A model generated the notes under the pieces. That model did not search any database, had not been told where the DNA came from, and saw nothing but the letters and a program-made list of their open reading frames with translations. From contig JBIOTM010000152.1 in the NCBI GenBank assembly GCA_044865955.1, forward strand, positions 1 to 63,955: a stretch of 63,955 nt of DNA, read 5' to 3'. The position numbers were made by a program, and so were the translations under genes. Numbering within the stretch: position 1 is the stretch's first letter; the number at the start of each line of letters is the position of its first letter. The stretch is from Actinomycetota bacterium (GTDB lineage Bacteria; Actinomycetota; UBA4738; HRBIN12). Of the stretch, positions 45,234-54,798 are shown piece after piece.

Positions 45234-47648
45234 ATGCCCAACGACCCGGCACCTCAGCGCAAGCCTCGTTTCGAGTTCACCAGCCGGCCGAAGGAATCCG
45301 AGCGCGAGTACCGGACGCCCGTCCATCCCTGGGACCGGGTCCGCCTGCTGCTCTTCCTGCTCGGGGCGTTCTTCGTGCTCGTGCTCGCGGACGTCTCGGC
45401 CAACGGCGTCTCGTTCCGGAGCGCCCTCCAGGACCAGATGGGCAAGCGGTGGTGGCTGCTGGCCCTCGCCCTGCTCGAGGTCATCCGCCAGCTCCACTAC
45501 TACCTGCAGGAGCAGTCGAAGGGCTACTACCGGTTCTGGCGCAGGACGCTCGAGCGCGAGGAGGCCGCGCTCGGCCGGATCAACCCGCACGTCCGGTACC
45601 GCCTCGGCCGCCTCGGCCGGCTCCTGTTCATCGGCTGGATCCTCGGCGCGATCATCGCCTCGTTCATCAGCCAGCCCGGCGATCAGGTGAACGCGCTCGA
45701 GGCGTGGTTCCGGCTCCCGGGCATCATCAAGCAGTCGCTCGGCCAGATCGTCTACTTCGCCTTCCTGATCTCGTTCGGGATCATGCAGTTCGTCGCGATC
45801 TTCTGGTTCATGTCGCGCGGCGGGGTCGAGGTGTACATGCCCGACGACATGGACACGCGTTTCTCCGACGTGAAGGGCCAGGACTCCGTCCTCGAGCGCG
45901 TGAAGGAGAACATCATCTTCCTGGAGGACCCCGAGGCGATCGAACGCCGGGGCGGCTACGTGCCCGGCGGCATCCTGTTGTGGGGACCGCCCGGGACGGG
46001 CAAGACCCTCATGGCGCAAGCCGTGGCGGGCGAGACCGCCAAGCCGTTCGTCTTCGTGGAGCCCGGCGCGTTCATCAACATGTTCATGGGCGTGGGGATC
46101 CTGAAGGTCAAGGCGCTGTATCGGAAGCTGAGGAAGCTCGCCACGCGCTACGGCGGCGTCATCGTCTTCATCGACGAGGCCGACTCGCTGGGCAACCGAG
46201 GGAACGTCGGTCCCCAGGGCGGCTGGGCGACGAACCCGGCGGTCACACCGTGGACGAACGCCCTCACCTGCAACGGGATGGCGTACACGTCGGAGGCCGG
46301 CCGCAACACGATCTTCAACGCCGCGCCCCTCGGGGGCGGCCAGACCGAGCGGATCTTCATGGGCGGCATGATGGGAGGCGGAGGGATGGGGACGCTCCAG
46401 GCCCTCCTGTCCGAGATGGACGGGCTGAAGAAGCCCCGCGGGCTCACGAACCGGCTCCGTCGGCTCCTCGGGATGAGGCCGAAGCTCCCGCCGCGGTACC
46501 GGATCCTCCACATCTTCGCGACGAACCAGCCGCACGTCCTGGACGAGGCGATGCTCCGGCCCGGGCGGATCGACCGGAAGTTCAAGGTCGGGTACCCGCA
46601 GCTCGAAGGCCGCGTCGCCACGTACCGGTACTACTTCGACAAGGTGAAGCACGGGCTCTCCGACGAGGAGATCACGAAGCTCGCGACGATCACGCCGTAC
46701 GCGGGCGGCGCCGACATGAAGGACATCGTCAACGAATCGCTGGTGATCGCGATCCGCGACGGACGGGACGAGGTCTCCTGGACCGACGTGGTCAAGGCGA
46801 AGCACGTGAAGCAGCACGGGCTCCCCGACGACCACGAGTACATCGAACGGGAGCGCCACGCCGTGGCGGTGCACGAGGCGTGCCATGCGGTGGCCGCCTA
46901 TCGCCTCCGGAAGCACATGACGATCGATCTCGCGACGATCGAGCGCCGCGGTGACATCGGCGGTTTCGTCTCGTCCATCCCGCCGGAGGACCAGTTCGTC
47001 CAATGGCGCTCCGAGGCCGAGGTCGACGTCATCACCTCGCTCGCGTCGCTCGCCGGCGAGCGGCTCTTCTTCGATGGCGACCATTCGACGGGCGTCGGCG
47101 GCGACATGCGGGGGGCGACCGCGCTGACCACGCAGATGCTCGCGTTCTACGCGATGGGAGACACGCTCGCGTCGAGGAGCATCAACCTCAGCAGCTTCCG
47201 GCCCGGCGCCATGGCGATCGAGAGCGGCACCGACCGCGCGCTCTTCGACACGGACTTCGGGAAGTCCGTCGATGCGAAGCTCCGCGAGCTGTACGACCGG
47301 ACGATGTCCCTGCTGGAGGAGCATCGCACGGACGTCCTCTGCGTCGCCCACGCCCTGGAGACGTTCAAGACGATCACCGGTGAGGACGTCGAGGCGATCA
47401 TCGAGGGCCGGGAGGGGCCGAACATCGACGGGAGCCGGTACCGGGACGCCCGGTTCATCGAGGAGCTCGAGGGCTATCACGCTGCCTGCGCCGCAGCCCA
47501 CTGGCAGCACGGGGGGGTCGAGGGAACGATCCCCGTGCCCGTGCCGCCTCCCCCGCTGGGGGCGCTGGCCGCCGTGCAGCCGGCCTCGGGGAACGGACGG
47601 GGCGAGCGGACCCGGGAGACGCGCGTCGCCGAGACCGACCAAGGATGA
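45234..47648 (+). CDS. Divergent FtsH-like AAA+ ATPase / M41 zinc metalloprotease with polytopic N-terminus
   Basis: ATG 45234 follows gagagg. Walker A GPPGTGKT, Walker B VIVFIDEADS, a ~70-aa Gly/Met-rich insertion, then ATNQPHVLDEAMLRPGRIDR and the zinc site HEACHAV. The ORF is also open from ATG 45192. Confidence 0.85.
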   Translation: MPNDPAPQRKPRFEFTSRPKESEREYRTPVHPWDRVRLLLFLLGAFFVLVLADVSANGVSFRSALQDQMGKRWWLLALALLEVIRQLHYYLQEQSKGYYRFWRRTLEREEAALGRINPHVRYRLGRLGRLLFIGWILGAIIASFISQPGDQVNALEAWFRLPGIIKQSLGQIVYFAFLISFGIMQFVAIFWFMSRGGVEVYMPDDMDTRFSDVKGQDSVLERVKENIIFLEDPEAIERRGGYVPGGILLWGPPGTGKTLMAQAVAGETAKPFVFVEPGAFINMFMGVGILKVKALYRKLRKLATRYGGVIVFIDEADSLGNRGNVGPQGGWATNPAVTPWTNALTCNGMAYTSEAGRNTIFNAAPLGGGQTERIFMGGMMGGGGMGTLQALLSEMDGLKKPRGLTNRLRRLLGMRPKLPPRYRILHIFATNQPHVLDEAMLRPGRIDRKFKVGYPQLEGRVATYRYYFDKVKHGLSDEEITKLATITPYAGGADMKDIVNESLVIAIRDGRDEVSWTDVVKAKHVKQHGLPDDHEYIERERHAVAVHEACHAVAAYRLRKHMTIDLATIERRGDIGGFVSSIPPEDQFVQWRSEAEVDVITSLASLAGERLFFDGDHSTGVGGDMRGATALTTQMLAFYAMGDTLASRSINLSSFRPGAMAIESGTDRALFDTDFGKSVDAKLRELYDRTMSLLEEHRTDVLCVAHALETFKTITGEDVEAIIEGREGPNIDGSRYRDARFIEELEGYHAACAAAHWQHGGVEGTIPVPVPPPPLGALAAVQPASGNGRGERTRETRVAETDQG

Positions 47649-47686
47649 CGGGCGGCCTTCGTCGGTCTCCTCGCTAGGATTGGCTC

Positions 47687-49078
47687 GTGCGCCTGTACAA
47701 CACGTTCACGCGTGAGATCGAGGAGGTCGTGCCGGCCGACGGCCGACAGGTCCGGATCTACTCGTGCGGTCCGACCGTCTACCGCTACATCCACATCGGC
47801 AACATGCGCTCGTTCATGCTGGGCGACCTGATCCGCCGCGCGCTGCGGTTCGAGGGCTACGACGTCCGCTGGATCATGAACATCACCGATGTCGGGCACA
47901 TGACCGACGAGGTGACCGACACCGGTCGAGACAAGATGGAGCTCGCCGAGGCGGACGAAGGGCTCTCGGCCGCCGAGATCGCCGAGAAGTACACGGCGGC
48001 CTTCCTGGAGGACGCCGACCTGGTCGGGATCGGCCGGGCCGACCTCTACCCGCTCGCCACGGACCACATCCCCGAGATGATCGCACTGATCGAGACGCTC
48101 CTCGAGAAGGGGCACGCCTACGAGGTCGACGGGACCGTCTACTACGACGTCACCACCTTCCCCGGCTACGGGAAGCTCTCCGGGAACACCCTGTCCCAGC
48201 TCCGAGCGGGGCATCGGCAGGAGCTGGAGGTGGATCCGAGCAAGCGCCATCCGGAGGACTTCGCCCTGTGGAAGAAGGCCGGGCCGAACCGGGCGTTGAA
48301 GTGGCCGAGCCCGTGGGGCGACGGCTACCCCGGCTGGCACATCGAGTGCTCCGCGATGTCGATCAAGCACCTCGGCGACCGCTTCGACGTGCACACCGGG
48401 GGCAACGACAACAAGTTCCCGCATCACGAGGACGAGATCGCCCAATCGGAGGGAGCGGTCGGACACCAGGTCGTGTCGATCTGGGTCCACGGCGGGTTCC
48501 TGCAGATGGAAGGCCAGAAGATGGCGAAGTCCGCGAAGAACATCAAGCGGGTCACGGATCTGGCCGGCGAGGGCATCGACCCGCTCGCGTTCCGATGGCT
48601 CACGTTCCAGACGCGCTACCGGTCCGAGATGGACTTCACCTGGGGCGCGATGGAGACCGCCGACCAGCGCGTCAAGCAGCTGCGTCGGCATCTGGCCGAG
48701 TGGGGATCGGCGTCCGAGGAGCTCGGTCCCGCGGCGAAGGAGCTCGACTCCCGGTTCCGTGAGGCCGTGGCGACCGACCTCGACATGCCCGCGGCGGTCC
48801 GCGCGGTGAACGTGCTCGACCACTCCCCCGACATCCCCCCGGGCGAGAAGCGAGCCCTGCTCGCGTCCTGGGACATGGTCCTCGGGCTGGATCTCGAACG
48901 CGAGGCGCGGGCCGGCTGGGAGCCGACGGCGGAGATCCGGGCGCTGGTCGACGAGCGCGACGCCGCTCGCGCCGGGAAGGACTACGCGCGCTCAGACGCG
49001 CTGCGCGACCGGCTCCAGTCCATGGGCCTCGAGGTGATGGACACCCCGGAGGGCACGAGGGTCCGTCCCCGGGGCTAG
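47687..49078 (+). CDS. cysS: Cysteine--tRNA ligase
   Basis: GTG start. [19 protein letters not shown] (HIGH-type), [17 protein letters not shown] and KMAKS. At 463 aa with a C-terminal domain it fits CysS better than the shorter MshC. Confidence 0.88.
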   Translation: MRLYNTFTREIEEVVPADGRQVRIYSCGPTVYRYIHIGNMRSFMLGDLIRRALRFEGYDVRWIMNITDVGHMTDEVTDTGRDKMELAEADEGLSAAEIAEKYTAAFLEDADLVGIGRADLYPLATDHIPEMIALIETLLEKGHAYEVDGTVYYDVTTFPGYGKLSGNTLSQLRAGHRQELEVDPSKRHPEDFALWKKAGPNRALKWPSPWGDGYPGWHIECSAMSIKHLGDRFDVHTGGNDNKFPHHEDEIAQSEGAVGHQVVSIWVHGGFLQMEGQKMAKSAKNIKRVTDLAGEGIDPLAFRWLTFQTRYRSEMDFTWGAMETADQRVKQLRRHLAEWGSASEELGPAAKELDSRFREAVATDLDMPAAVRAVNVLDHSPDIPPGEKRALLASWDMVLGLDLEREARAGWEPTAEIRALVDERDAARAGKDYARSDALRDRLQSMGLEVMDTPEGTRVRPRG

Positions 49079-49083
49079 GCCCG

Positions 49084-49956
49084 TCAGCCCACGCCCAGCG
49101 GCTTCCCGAGGCGACGGGCGCCGGCCTCGAGCGCGTCCGACAGGAACGTCGTGCCCTCGAGCCCCGGCAGCTCGGACAGCGTGTCCTCCATCTCCTTGAC
49201 GGCGACGATCCCCTCGGCGTCCCCGAAGATGGTATGGATCACGAAGTCGGTCTCGGCCTGCGGGCGCACGCCGGTCCCCACCGGCGCCCACAGGTGTTCC
49301 AGGGCCCAGCGGGTGATCGTCCGTGCCTGTCTCGAACGAGCCAGGCGCATCCGGGCCTGCGCACGGTAGAAGGCGAAGTGCCGCCGCTCGTCCTTGATGA
49401 TCGCCTGCAGCAGCTGGATCAGCACCGGGTGCTCGGTCTTCGCGATGATCCGGTGGTACCCGGTGAGCGTGCCGAGCTCGTTCACGGCCCCCCACGTCAT
49501 GTGCACGGCCACGAAGTCGCGGAACAGCGCGGAGCCCAGCAGGGTGCCGATGTGCGAGACGTATCCCTTGGTACCGAACATCCGCCGGATCCACTGGTTG
49601 CGGTCGAACCGGGTCGGGAACGCGTCGTCGCCCCGCACGCCCTCGTACGAGGGCGCCACCCGGTAGCCGGCCTCCCCCAGGAACCGGCTGAACGCCTCGC
49701 CGTGCCAGAGCTCCTCGTAGACCCAGCAAGAGAGGAACGCCGTGACCTCGGGGTCGAAGGAGGCACGCGTCGCCAGCAGGTCGCGAAGGAACACGACCGT
49801 ATGGGTCTCGATGTCCATCATGTAGGTGAGGCACCGGGCCTCGTCTGCCGTCACGGGATGGTCCTTGATGCGAGCCCAGTCGACGGACGAGAGGTCGACG
49901 CGCTTGCTCGCGCGCAGGTACTTGTCCAGATCGAAGTCTGCCGTGTCCATCCTCAT
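49084..49956 (-). CDS. Ferritin-like diiron protein, acyl-ACP desaturase-like
   Basis: Two ExxH motifs in helical context (WVYEELWHGEAF and IIKDERRHFAFY). Confidence 0.75.
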   Translation of the reverse strand: MRMDTADFDLDKYLRASKRVDLSSVDWARIKDHPVTADEARCLTYMMDIETHTVVFLRDLLATRASFDPEVTAFLSCWVYEELWHGEAFSRFLGEAGYRVAPSYEGVRGDDAFPTRFDRNQWIRRMFGTKGYVSHIGTLLGSALFRDFVAVHMTWGAVNELGTLTGYHRIIAKTEHPVLIQLLQAIIKDERRHFAFYRAQARMRLARSRQARTITRWALEHLWAPVGTGVRPQAETDFVIHTIFGDAEGIVAVKEMEDTLSELPGLEGTTFLSDALEAGARRLGKPLGVG

Positions 49957-49986
49957 GATCTTGCCCTCATGATCTTGCCCTCATGA
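49951..49986 (-). repeat. 14-bp tandem duplication (2 full + 1 partial unit) spanning the start codon of the desaturase-like gene
   Basis: cctcatgatcttgc cctcatgatcttgc cctcatga. On the coding strand each unit carries GAGGG-N7-ATG. Confidence 0.9.
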
Positions 49987-50076
49987 GCCCTTGTGATCCT
50001 CACTTCCCGGCCGCCTCGGATCCCTCCTGGTTCGCAACGCCTGGGCCGAAGGATTACCCGAGGCCCCGGGCCCGGG

Positions 50077-51174
50077 TCAAGCGACGACCTGGAGCTCCCG
50101 GGTGCTCCGGTTCAGCCGCTCCACCCCGTCCGCCGTAACGGCCACGATGTCTTCGATCCGGACGCCGAACCGGCCCTCGAAGTAGATGCCGGGCTCGACG
50201 GAGAAGGTCATCCCCGGCTCCAGCGGCGTGTCGTCGCCCTCGACCATGTAGGGAGGCTCGTGCAGCTCGAGGCCGATGCCGTGCCCCGTCCGGTGGATGA
50301 ACCGCTCGCCGTACCCGGCGGCCTCGATGACCGCGCGGGCGGCCCGGTCGACCTCCTGGGCCTCGAGGCCGGGCCGGACGACGTCGACCGCGCTCGCCTG
50401 CGCCTCCAGCACGGCGGCGTAGGCATGCTCGAACTCCTCCGGCGGTTCCGTGACGACGACCGTGCGGGTGGTGTCGCTGAGGTACCCGCCCAGCTCCCCG
50501 CCGAAGTCCATGACGACGGCGTCGTGCGGCAGGATCGTCCTGCCGCCCGGTTCGTGGTGCGGAGACGCGGCGTTCGGGCCGCTCGCGACGATCGTGAAGT
50601 CGGCGCGAGCGTGACCGTGCCGAACCAGGAGGTCGGCCAGGTCGTGGGCGACCTCCTCCTCCCGCCGGCCCTGGAAGGGGAGCTCGAGGATCCGACGGAA
50701 GGTCTCGTCGGCCGCGCGGCCGGCGCGGCGGAGCGCCTCCAGCTCGTGCGCGTCCTTGATCGCGCGCAGGCGTCCGAGCACCGGCGAGGCCGTGGAGAAC
50801 GCCGCGCCCGGGAGCGCGTGCTGGAGGCCGAGCAGATGGGTGGCCCACAGCCGATCGGCCACCGCGATCCGTTCGGCCCCGGCCAGGAGGCTCCCGGCGG
50901 CCTCGTACGGGTCCGACCCGTCGCTCCACGACACGAGCTCGATGCGCTCCCCCACCGGCGAGGCCGCTGCGAGCGGCCGTTCCAGCTCGGGGACGAGCAT
51001 CACGGGGTCGGCGCCGGGCCGGAGCACCAGCAGGGTGGGCCGCTCCAGCGGCATCGGGTCGTATCCGGTGAGGTACGCGAGGTCGGGCGAGGGCGCCACC
51101 ACGAGCGCGTTCAGGTCGCGGGCCGCGGTCTCCTCGCCCGCCCGGCGGAGCCGATCGAGATGCGGAGCGCTCAC
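50077..51174 (-). CDS. M24-family Xaa-Pro aminopeptidase/dipeptidase
   Basis: GTG at 51174 overlaps the upstream TGA. Creatinase-like N-domain, then VMDFGG...GY.SD.TRT, HRTGHGIGLE.HE and SVEPGIY. Confidence 0.9.
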   Translation of the reverse strand: MSAPHLDRLRRAGEETAARDLNALVVAPSPDLAYLTGYDPMPLERPTLLVLRPGADPVMLVPELERPLAAASPVGERIELVSWSDGSDPYEAAGSLLAGAERIAVADRLWATHLLGLQHALPGAAFSTASPVLGRLRAIKDAHELEALRRAGRAADETFRRILELPFQGRREEEVAHDLADLLVRHGHARADFTIVASGPNAASPHHEPGGRTILPHDAVVMDFGGELGGYLSDTTRTVVVTEPPEEFEHAYAAVLEAQASAVDVVRPGLEAQEVDRAARAVIEAAGYGERFIHRTGHGIGLELHEPPYMVEGDDTPLEPGMTFSVEPGIYFEGRFGVRIEDIVAVTADGVERLNRSTRELQVVA

Positions 51175-52088
51175 AGCTTGAGCAGGATGGGCCGCGGCAC
51201 GATCTGGAAGGTGACCGGGGTGGTCCCGAGGCCGACCCCGTCGGCCAGGACCGGCATCGCTCGCTCGGATCGGACCTCGAACCGGATCCTCGCTTTGAGC
51301 TCCTTGATGTCGGGGTCCGGCAGATGGTCGCCGTGGCGGAAGAGGCGTGGGAGCTGCGTGTAGGCTCCGGAACGAGGGCCCGTGAACACGAGGGCGTCGA
51401 GGACCCCGTCGCCGGGGAACGAGCGGGGCGAGAGCCGCATCCCTCCCCCCGTGAACTGGGCGTTGGCGACGACCACGTTCCACGCTCGCCCCTGCCACGT
51501 ACGGGTGTCGTGCTCGACCGTCACCGCGGTGGGCTTGGTCTTCAGGTAGCCGCACCAGAAGCCGTAGAACCGCCTCGATCCGCCGAGCCAGGCGGGGGCC
51601 TTGGCGGCGCACTCGACCTGCTGCGCGCCCATCCCCACCTGGGCGAGGTTGTGCCCGTACCTCGTGGTTCGCGTCCCATCCACGCCGGTGGCGGTGATCT
51701 TCATCAGGTCGAGTCCGTAGGTGTTCGCGCCCTCGAGGTGCGCGGCGGCCGATCCGGTGTCCTCCGGTAGCCCGAAGCTCCGGACCAGATCGCATCCGTT
51801 CCCCGCGGGGATCACGCCGAGGACCGGCTCCTCGGCGATGGGCCGGCCGTCCCGGAACATCCCGTTGACGACCCCCTGGACGGTGATGTCGTCGCCGACG
51901 GCCACCAGGAAGCGGGACCCCTCGTCGAGGGCCGCCGACGCGAGCGTGGCGGGATCCGATCCGTTCGCCACCAGGATCCGGTGCTCGAGCCCTCGATCGT
52001 CCAGCACGTGCTCCAGCGCCGGGAGCCTCTCCATCGCGCCGGCTCGCGGATCCGCGATCACCGTCATCGTGCCGAACGGGCTGCTCAT
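51171..52088 (-). CDS. Diacylglycerol-kinase-family lipid kinase (YegS/LCB5-like)
   Basis: TVIADPRAG ..., FLVAVGDDITVQGVVNGM (a GGDG-like site degenerated to GDD) and GVIPAGNGCDLVRSF. Confidence 0.75.
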   Translation of the reverse strand: MSSPFGTMTVIADPRAGAMERLPALEHVLDDRGLEHRILVANGSDPATLASAALDEGSRFLVAVGDDITVQGVVNGMFRDGRPIAEEPVLGVIPAGNGCDLVRSFGLPEDTGSAAAHLEGANTYGLDLMKITATGVDGTRTTRYGHNLAQVGMGAQQVECAAKAPAWLGGSRRFYGFWCGYLKTKPTAVTVEHDTRTWQGRAWNVVVANAQFTGGGMRLSPRSFPGDGVLDALVFTGPRSGAYTQLPRLFRHGDHLPDPDIKELKARIRFEVRSERAMPVLADGVGLGTTPVTFQIVPRPILLKL

Positions 52089-52102
52089 ACCCCGGATCGT
52101 AG

Positions 52103-54760
52103 CTACACGCCCGTGTAGGCGACGACGCCCCGGAGGATGGCCTCCCGTCCGGCCCGCACCTGTTCCGCGACCGTGGGGGACGCCACGTCCTCGATCTGGC
52201 GGAGGAGGTCGACGAGCTGCTTGCAGTTCCGCACGAAGTCGCCGGGCGCCATCTCCGTCTCCGCCAGGATGTCCTCAAGGGTCTCGCCCTCCGCCCAGTG
52301 ATGGATCGGGGTGGCGAACCCGGCCTCGAGCTCGCGGCAGAGCTGGACGTGGTGCTCGTCCTCGGCCCGGCGGATCTTCCGCCACAGCCGCTGGAGACGC
52401 TCGTACCGCTCCTTCGTCTCGGCGGTGGGCATCTCCCCCGAGAGCGGGATCCGCTCCCTTCCCTCGTAGACCACGGCGGACAGGAGGGCGACGACCTCCG
52501 ACGGCTCCAGGCCGTCGAGCAGGCCCGATCCGAGGGCCTCTCCCACCAGGAGGTCTCCCTCACCGTAGATCCGGGTCAGCGTCCGCCCCTTCGGCGTGAG
52601 GGACCAGCCGTCCACATACCCGAGCCCTCGCAGCACCGACAGCACCCGGTCGAACTGCCGGCCCAGCGTCTCCGTGCGGACGCGGATCCGGCGCTCCACG
52701 CCGCCGAGGCGCCGCTCGACCTCGCTCGCCCGGGTCGCCCACCGCTCGTGCTTGGCCCGTTCGGGGCAGCCGCGGCACGGATGCTCCGTCGCGAGCGTCT
52801 CCAGTCGCGTCGCCTCCCGTTCGACCGACGGACTCGTCTGCGGGCGTCGGCGGCGGCCGCCCGGCTTCACGTCGAGCGCGACCAGCCTGGCCGCCACGTC
52901 GCGACGGTAGCGGGGGTTCCGCACGCTGCCAGATCTCGGCAACGGGATCCTCGTCACGACCGAGGGCGGTTCCTCGAAGTCCCGCGAGGACAGCCGGAAG
53001 AACTGCCGGTCCTGGGTGAGCACCGTGGGTTTCCCGTCGCGTGAGGAGATCACGACCGCGAGGCCGCGGCGCCTGGCGCGCGGTACCCACACGACCTCGC
53101 CGGGCATCAGGCGGGCCACGGTGTCCCGGACGTCCACGCGCCGGCCCTGGTCCCTCGCCCGGCGGTCGTCGTCCCGGAGCCGCCTCGCTCGCTCGAGGTA
53201 CCCCCAGTACTCCGCGAAATCGCCGAGGTGGCAGGTCATGTGCGTCCGGTACGCCTCGAGCGCCTCCGCGTCCTGCTGCCGCGAGCGTTCGAGGGCGACC
53301 ACGCCCCGGTCGGCCAGGAACTGTGCGAACGACGAGTTGAGGAGGTGGTGCGCCTGTTCGGGCGTGTAGGTGCGCACGAGGTTGACCGCCATGTTGTAGG
53401 AGGGTCGGAACGACGAGGCCAGGTCGTACGTGCGGGTGGCGGCCAGTCCCGCCACACGCTCGAAGGGAACCTGCCGCTGGTAGACCACGACGGCGTGCCC
53501 GAGCGCGTCGATGCCTCTGCGTCCGGCCCGTCCCGTGAGCTGGGTGTACTCGCCGGGCGTCACGAGCTCGTGGCGCTCGCCCTGGAACTTCCAGAGATCC
53601 TCGATCACCACGCTCCTGGCCGGCATGTTGATGCCGAGGGACAGGGTCTCGGTCGCGAACACGACCTTGACCAGTCCCTCCTGGAAGAGCTCCTCGACGG
53701 TCTCCTTGAACAGAGGGAGCATCCCGGCGTGGTGGGCGGCGACCCCTGCCGCGAGGGACTCGAGCAGCTCGTAGAAGCCCAGGCTCACGAGGTCCTCCTC
53801 GTCCACCCACGCCGCGCGGGACTCGGCGCGTTCACGGATCCGGGCCGCCTCCTCGTTCGTCGTCAGCCGGACGCCCGCGTCGCGGAGCCAGCGAACGCTC
53901 TTGTCGCACCCCGACCGGCTGAAGACGAAGTAGATCGCCGGGAGCATGTGTTCGGCCTCGAGGACCTCGACGACCTCCTCCCGCCGTGGGACGTACACGC
54001 GTCGGTAGCCCTCCCGGGGGCGCGCGATCCGCTGGTGCTGCGGCAGGCCCGATCCTCGCCGGTAGTAGGTCTTGGTCTTCAGCTCGTGCTGATCCAGCGA
54101 GACCACGTACGGGTTCGGGAGCAGGATGCCGTCCTGTTCGACGTGCATCGGGTGGAGCCGTGCGCCCACGAGGTAGTGATGTTCGAGGGGCACCGGCCGG
54201 CGCTCTTCGATCACCACGCGGGTGTCGCCGCGGAGCGTCGTGATCCAGTCGCCGAACTCCTCGGCGTTCGAGATCGTCGCCGACAAGGCGACCACGCTCA
54301 CCGACGACGGCAGGTGGATCAGCACCTCCTCCCAGACGGCTCCCCGGTAGGGGTCCTGGAGGTAGTGCACCTCGTCCAACACCACCGAGACGAGGCCCGT
54401 CAGCGTGGAGGAGCGTTCGTAGAGCATGTTGCGAAGGACCTCCGTGGTCATCACGACGACCTTCGCGTCGGGGTTGATCGAGTTGTCCCCCGTGAGCAGC
54501 CCGACCGTGCCGGCCCCGTGCTTGGCGACGAGGTCCCCGAACTTCTGGTTCGACAGGGCCTTCAGCGGCGTCGTGTAGAACGCCTTCCCGCCGCGGTCAA
54601 ACGCCCGCTCGATCGCGTACTCCGCCACGACCGTCTTCCCGGATCCGGTCGGCGCGGCCACGAGCGTCGACAGGCCCTGATGGACGGCGTCGATCGCGTC
54701 CGACTGGAATCCGTCCAGCTCGAACGGGAACTGCCGCGCGAACGCCGCGGGATCGGTCAC
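52103..54760 (-). CDS. helY: Ski2-like DEAD/DEAH-box helicase HelY
   Basis: FELDGFQ, APTGSGKT, LDEVHY, SAT, HHAGMLP, TETLSLGINMPARSVV, QLTGRAGRRGID and a C-terminal DSHCT-like region. Confidence 0.93.
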   Translation of the reverse strand: MTDPAAFARQFPFELDGFQSDAIDAVHQGLSTLVAAPTGSGKTVVAEYAIERAFDRGGKAFYTTPLKALSNQKFGDLVAKHGAGTVGLLTGDNSINPDAKVVVMTTEVLRNMLYERSSTLTGLVSVVLDEVHYLQDPYRGAVWEEVLIHLPSSVSVVALSATISNAEEFGDWITTLRGDTRVVIEERRPVPLEHHYLVGARLHPMHVEQDGILLPNPYVVSLDQHELKTKTYYRRGSGLPQHQRIARPREGYRRVYVPRREEVVEVLEAEHMLPAIYFVFSRSGCDKSVRWLRDAGVRLTTNEEAARIRERAESRAAWVDEEDLVSLGFYELLESLAAGVAAHHAGMLPLFKETVEELFQEGLVKVVFATETLSLGINMPARSVVIEDLWKFQGERHELVTPGEYTQLTGRAGRRGIDALGHAVVVYQRQVPFERVAGLAATRTYDLASSFRPSYNMAVNLVRTYTPEQAHHLLNSSFAQFLADRGVVALERSRQQDAEALEAYRTHMTCHLGDFAEYWGYLERARRLRDDDRRARDQGRRVDVRDTVARLMPGEVVWVPRARRRGLAVVISSRDGKPTVLTQDRQFFRLSSRDFEEPPSVVTRIPLPRSGSVRNPRYRRDVAARLVALDVKPGGRRRRPQTSPSVEREATRLETLATEHPCRGCPERAKHERWATRASEVERRLGGVERRIRVRTETLGRQFDRVLSVLRGLGYVDGWSLTPKGRTLTRIYGEGDLLVGEALGSGLLDGLEPSEVVALLSAVVYEGRERIPLSGEMPTAETKERYERLQRLWRKIRRAEDEHHVQLCRELEAGFATPIHHWAEGETLEDILAETEMAPGDFVRNCKQLVDLLRQIEDVASPTVAEQVRAGREAILRGVVAYTGV

Positions 54761-54798
54761 GATGAGGCCAGTCTACGGGTGACCGTTCGTCCGCCGGT

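Noticed and set aside
44901-47642. 913-aa minus-strand ORF opposite the FtsH-like gene. Similar long antisense ORFs occur at 5067-6641 (opposite pyrG), 8115-10214, 11648-13843, 31161-33452, 39128-41467 and 53228-55069
   Set aside because: Each lies opposite or out of frame to a gene with unmistakable catalytic motifs. Their translations are R/P/G/E-rich low-information sequence.
50077-52563. 828-aa ORF suggesting a peptidase fused to a large N-terminal domain. The 546-aa ORF at 59086-60726 was considered likewise
   Set aside because: Only the C-terminal parts (the M24 peptidase from GTG 51174 and PafC from GTG 60066) show family motifs. The upstream parts overlap the DAGK-like/helY genes and pafB in other frames.
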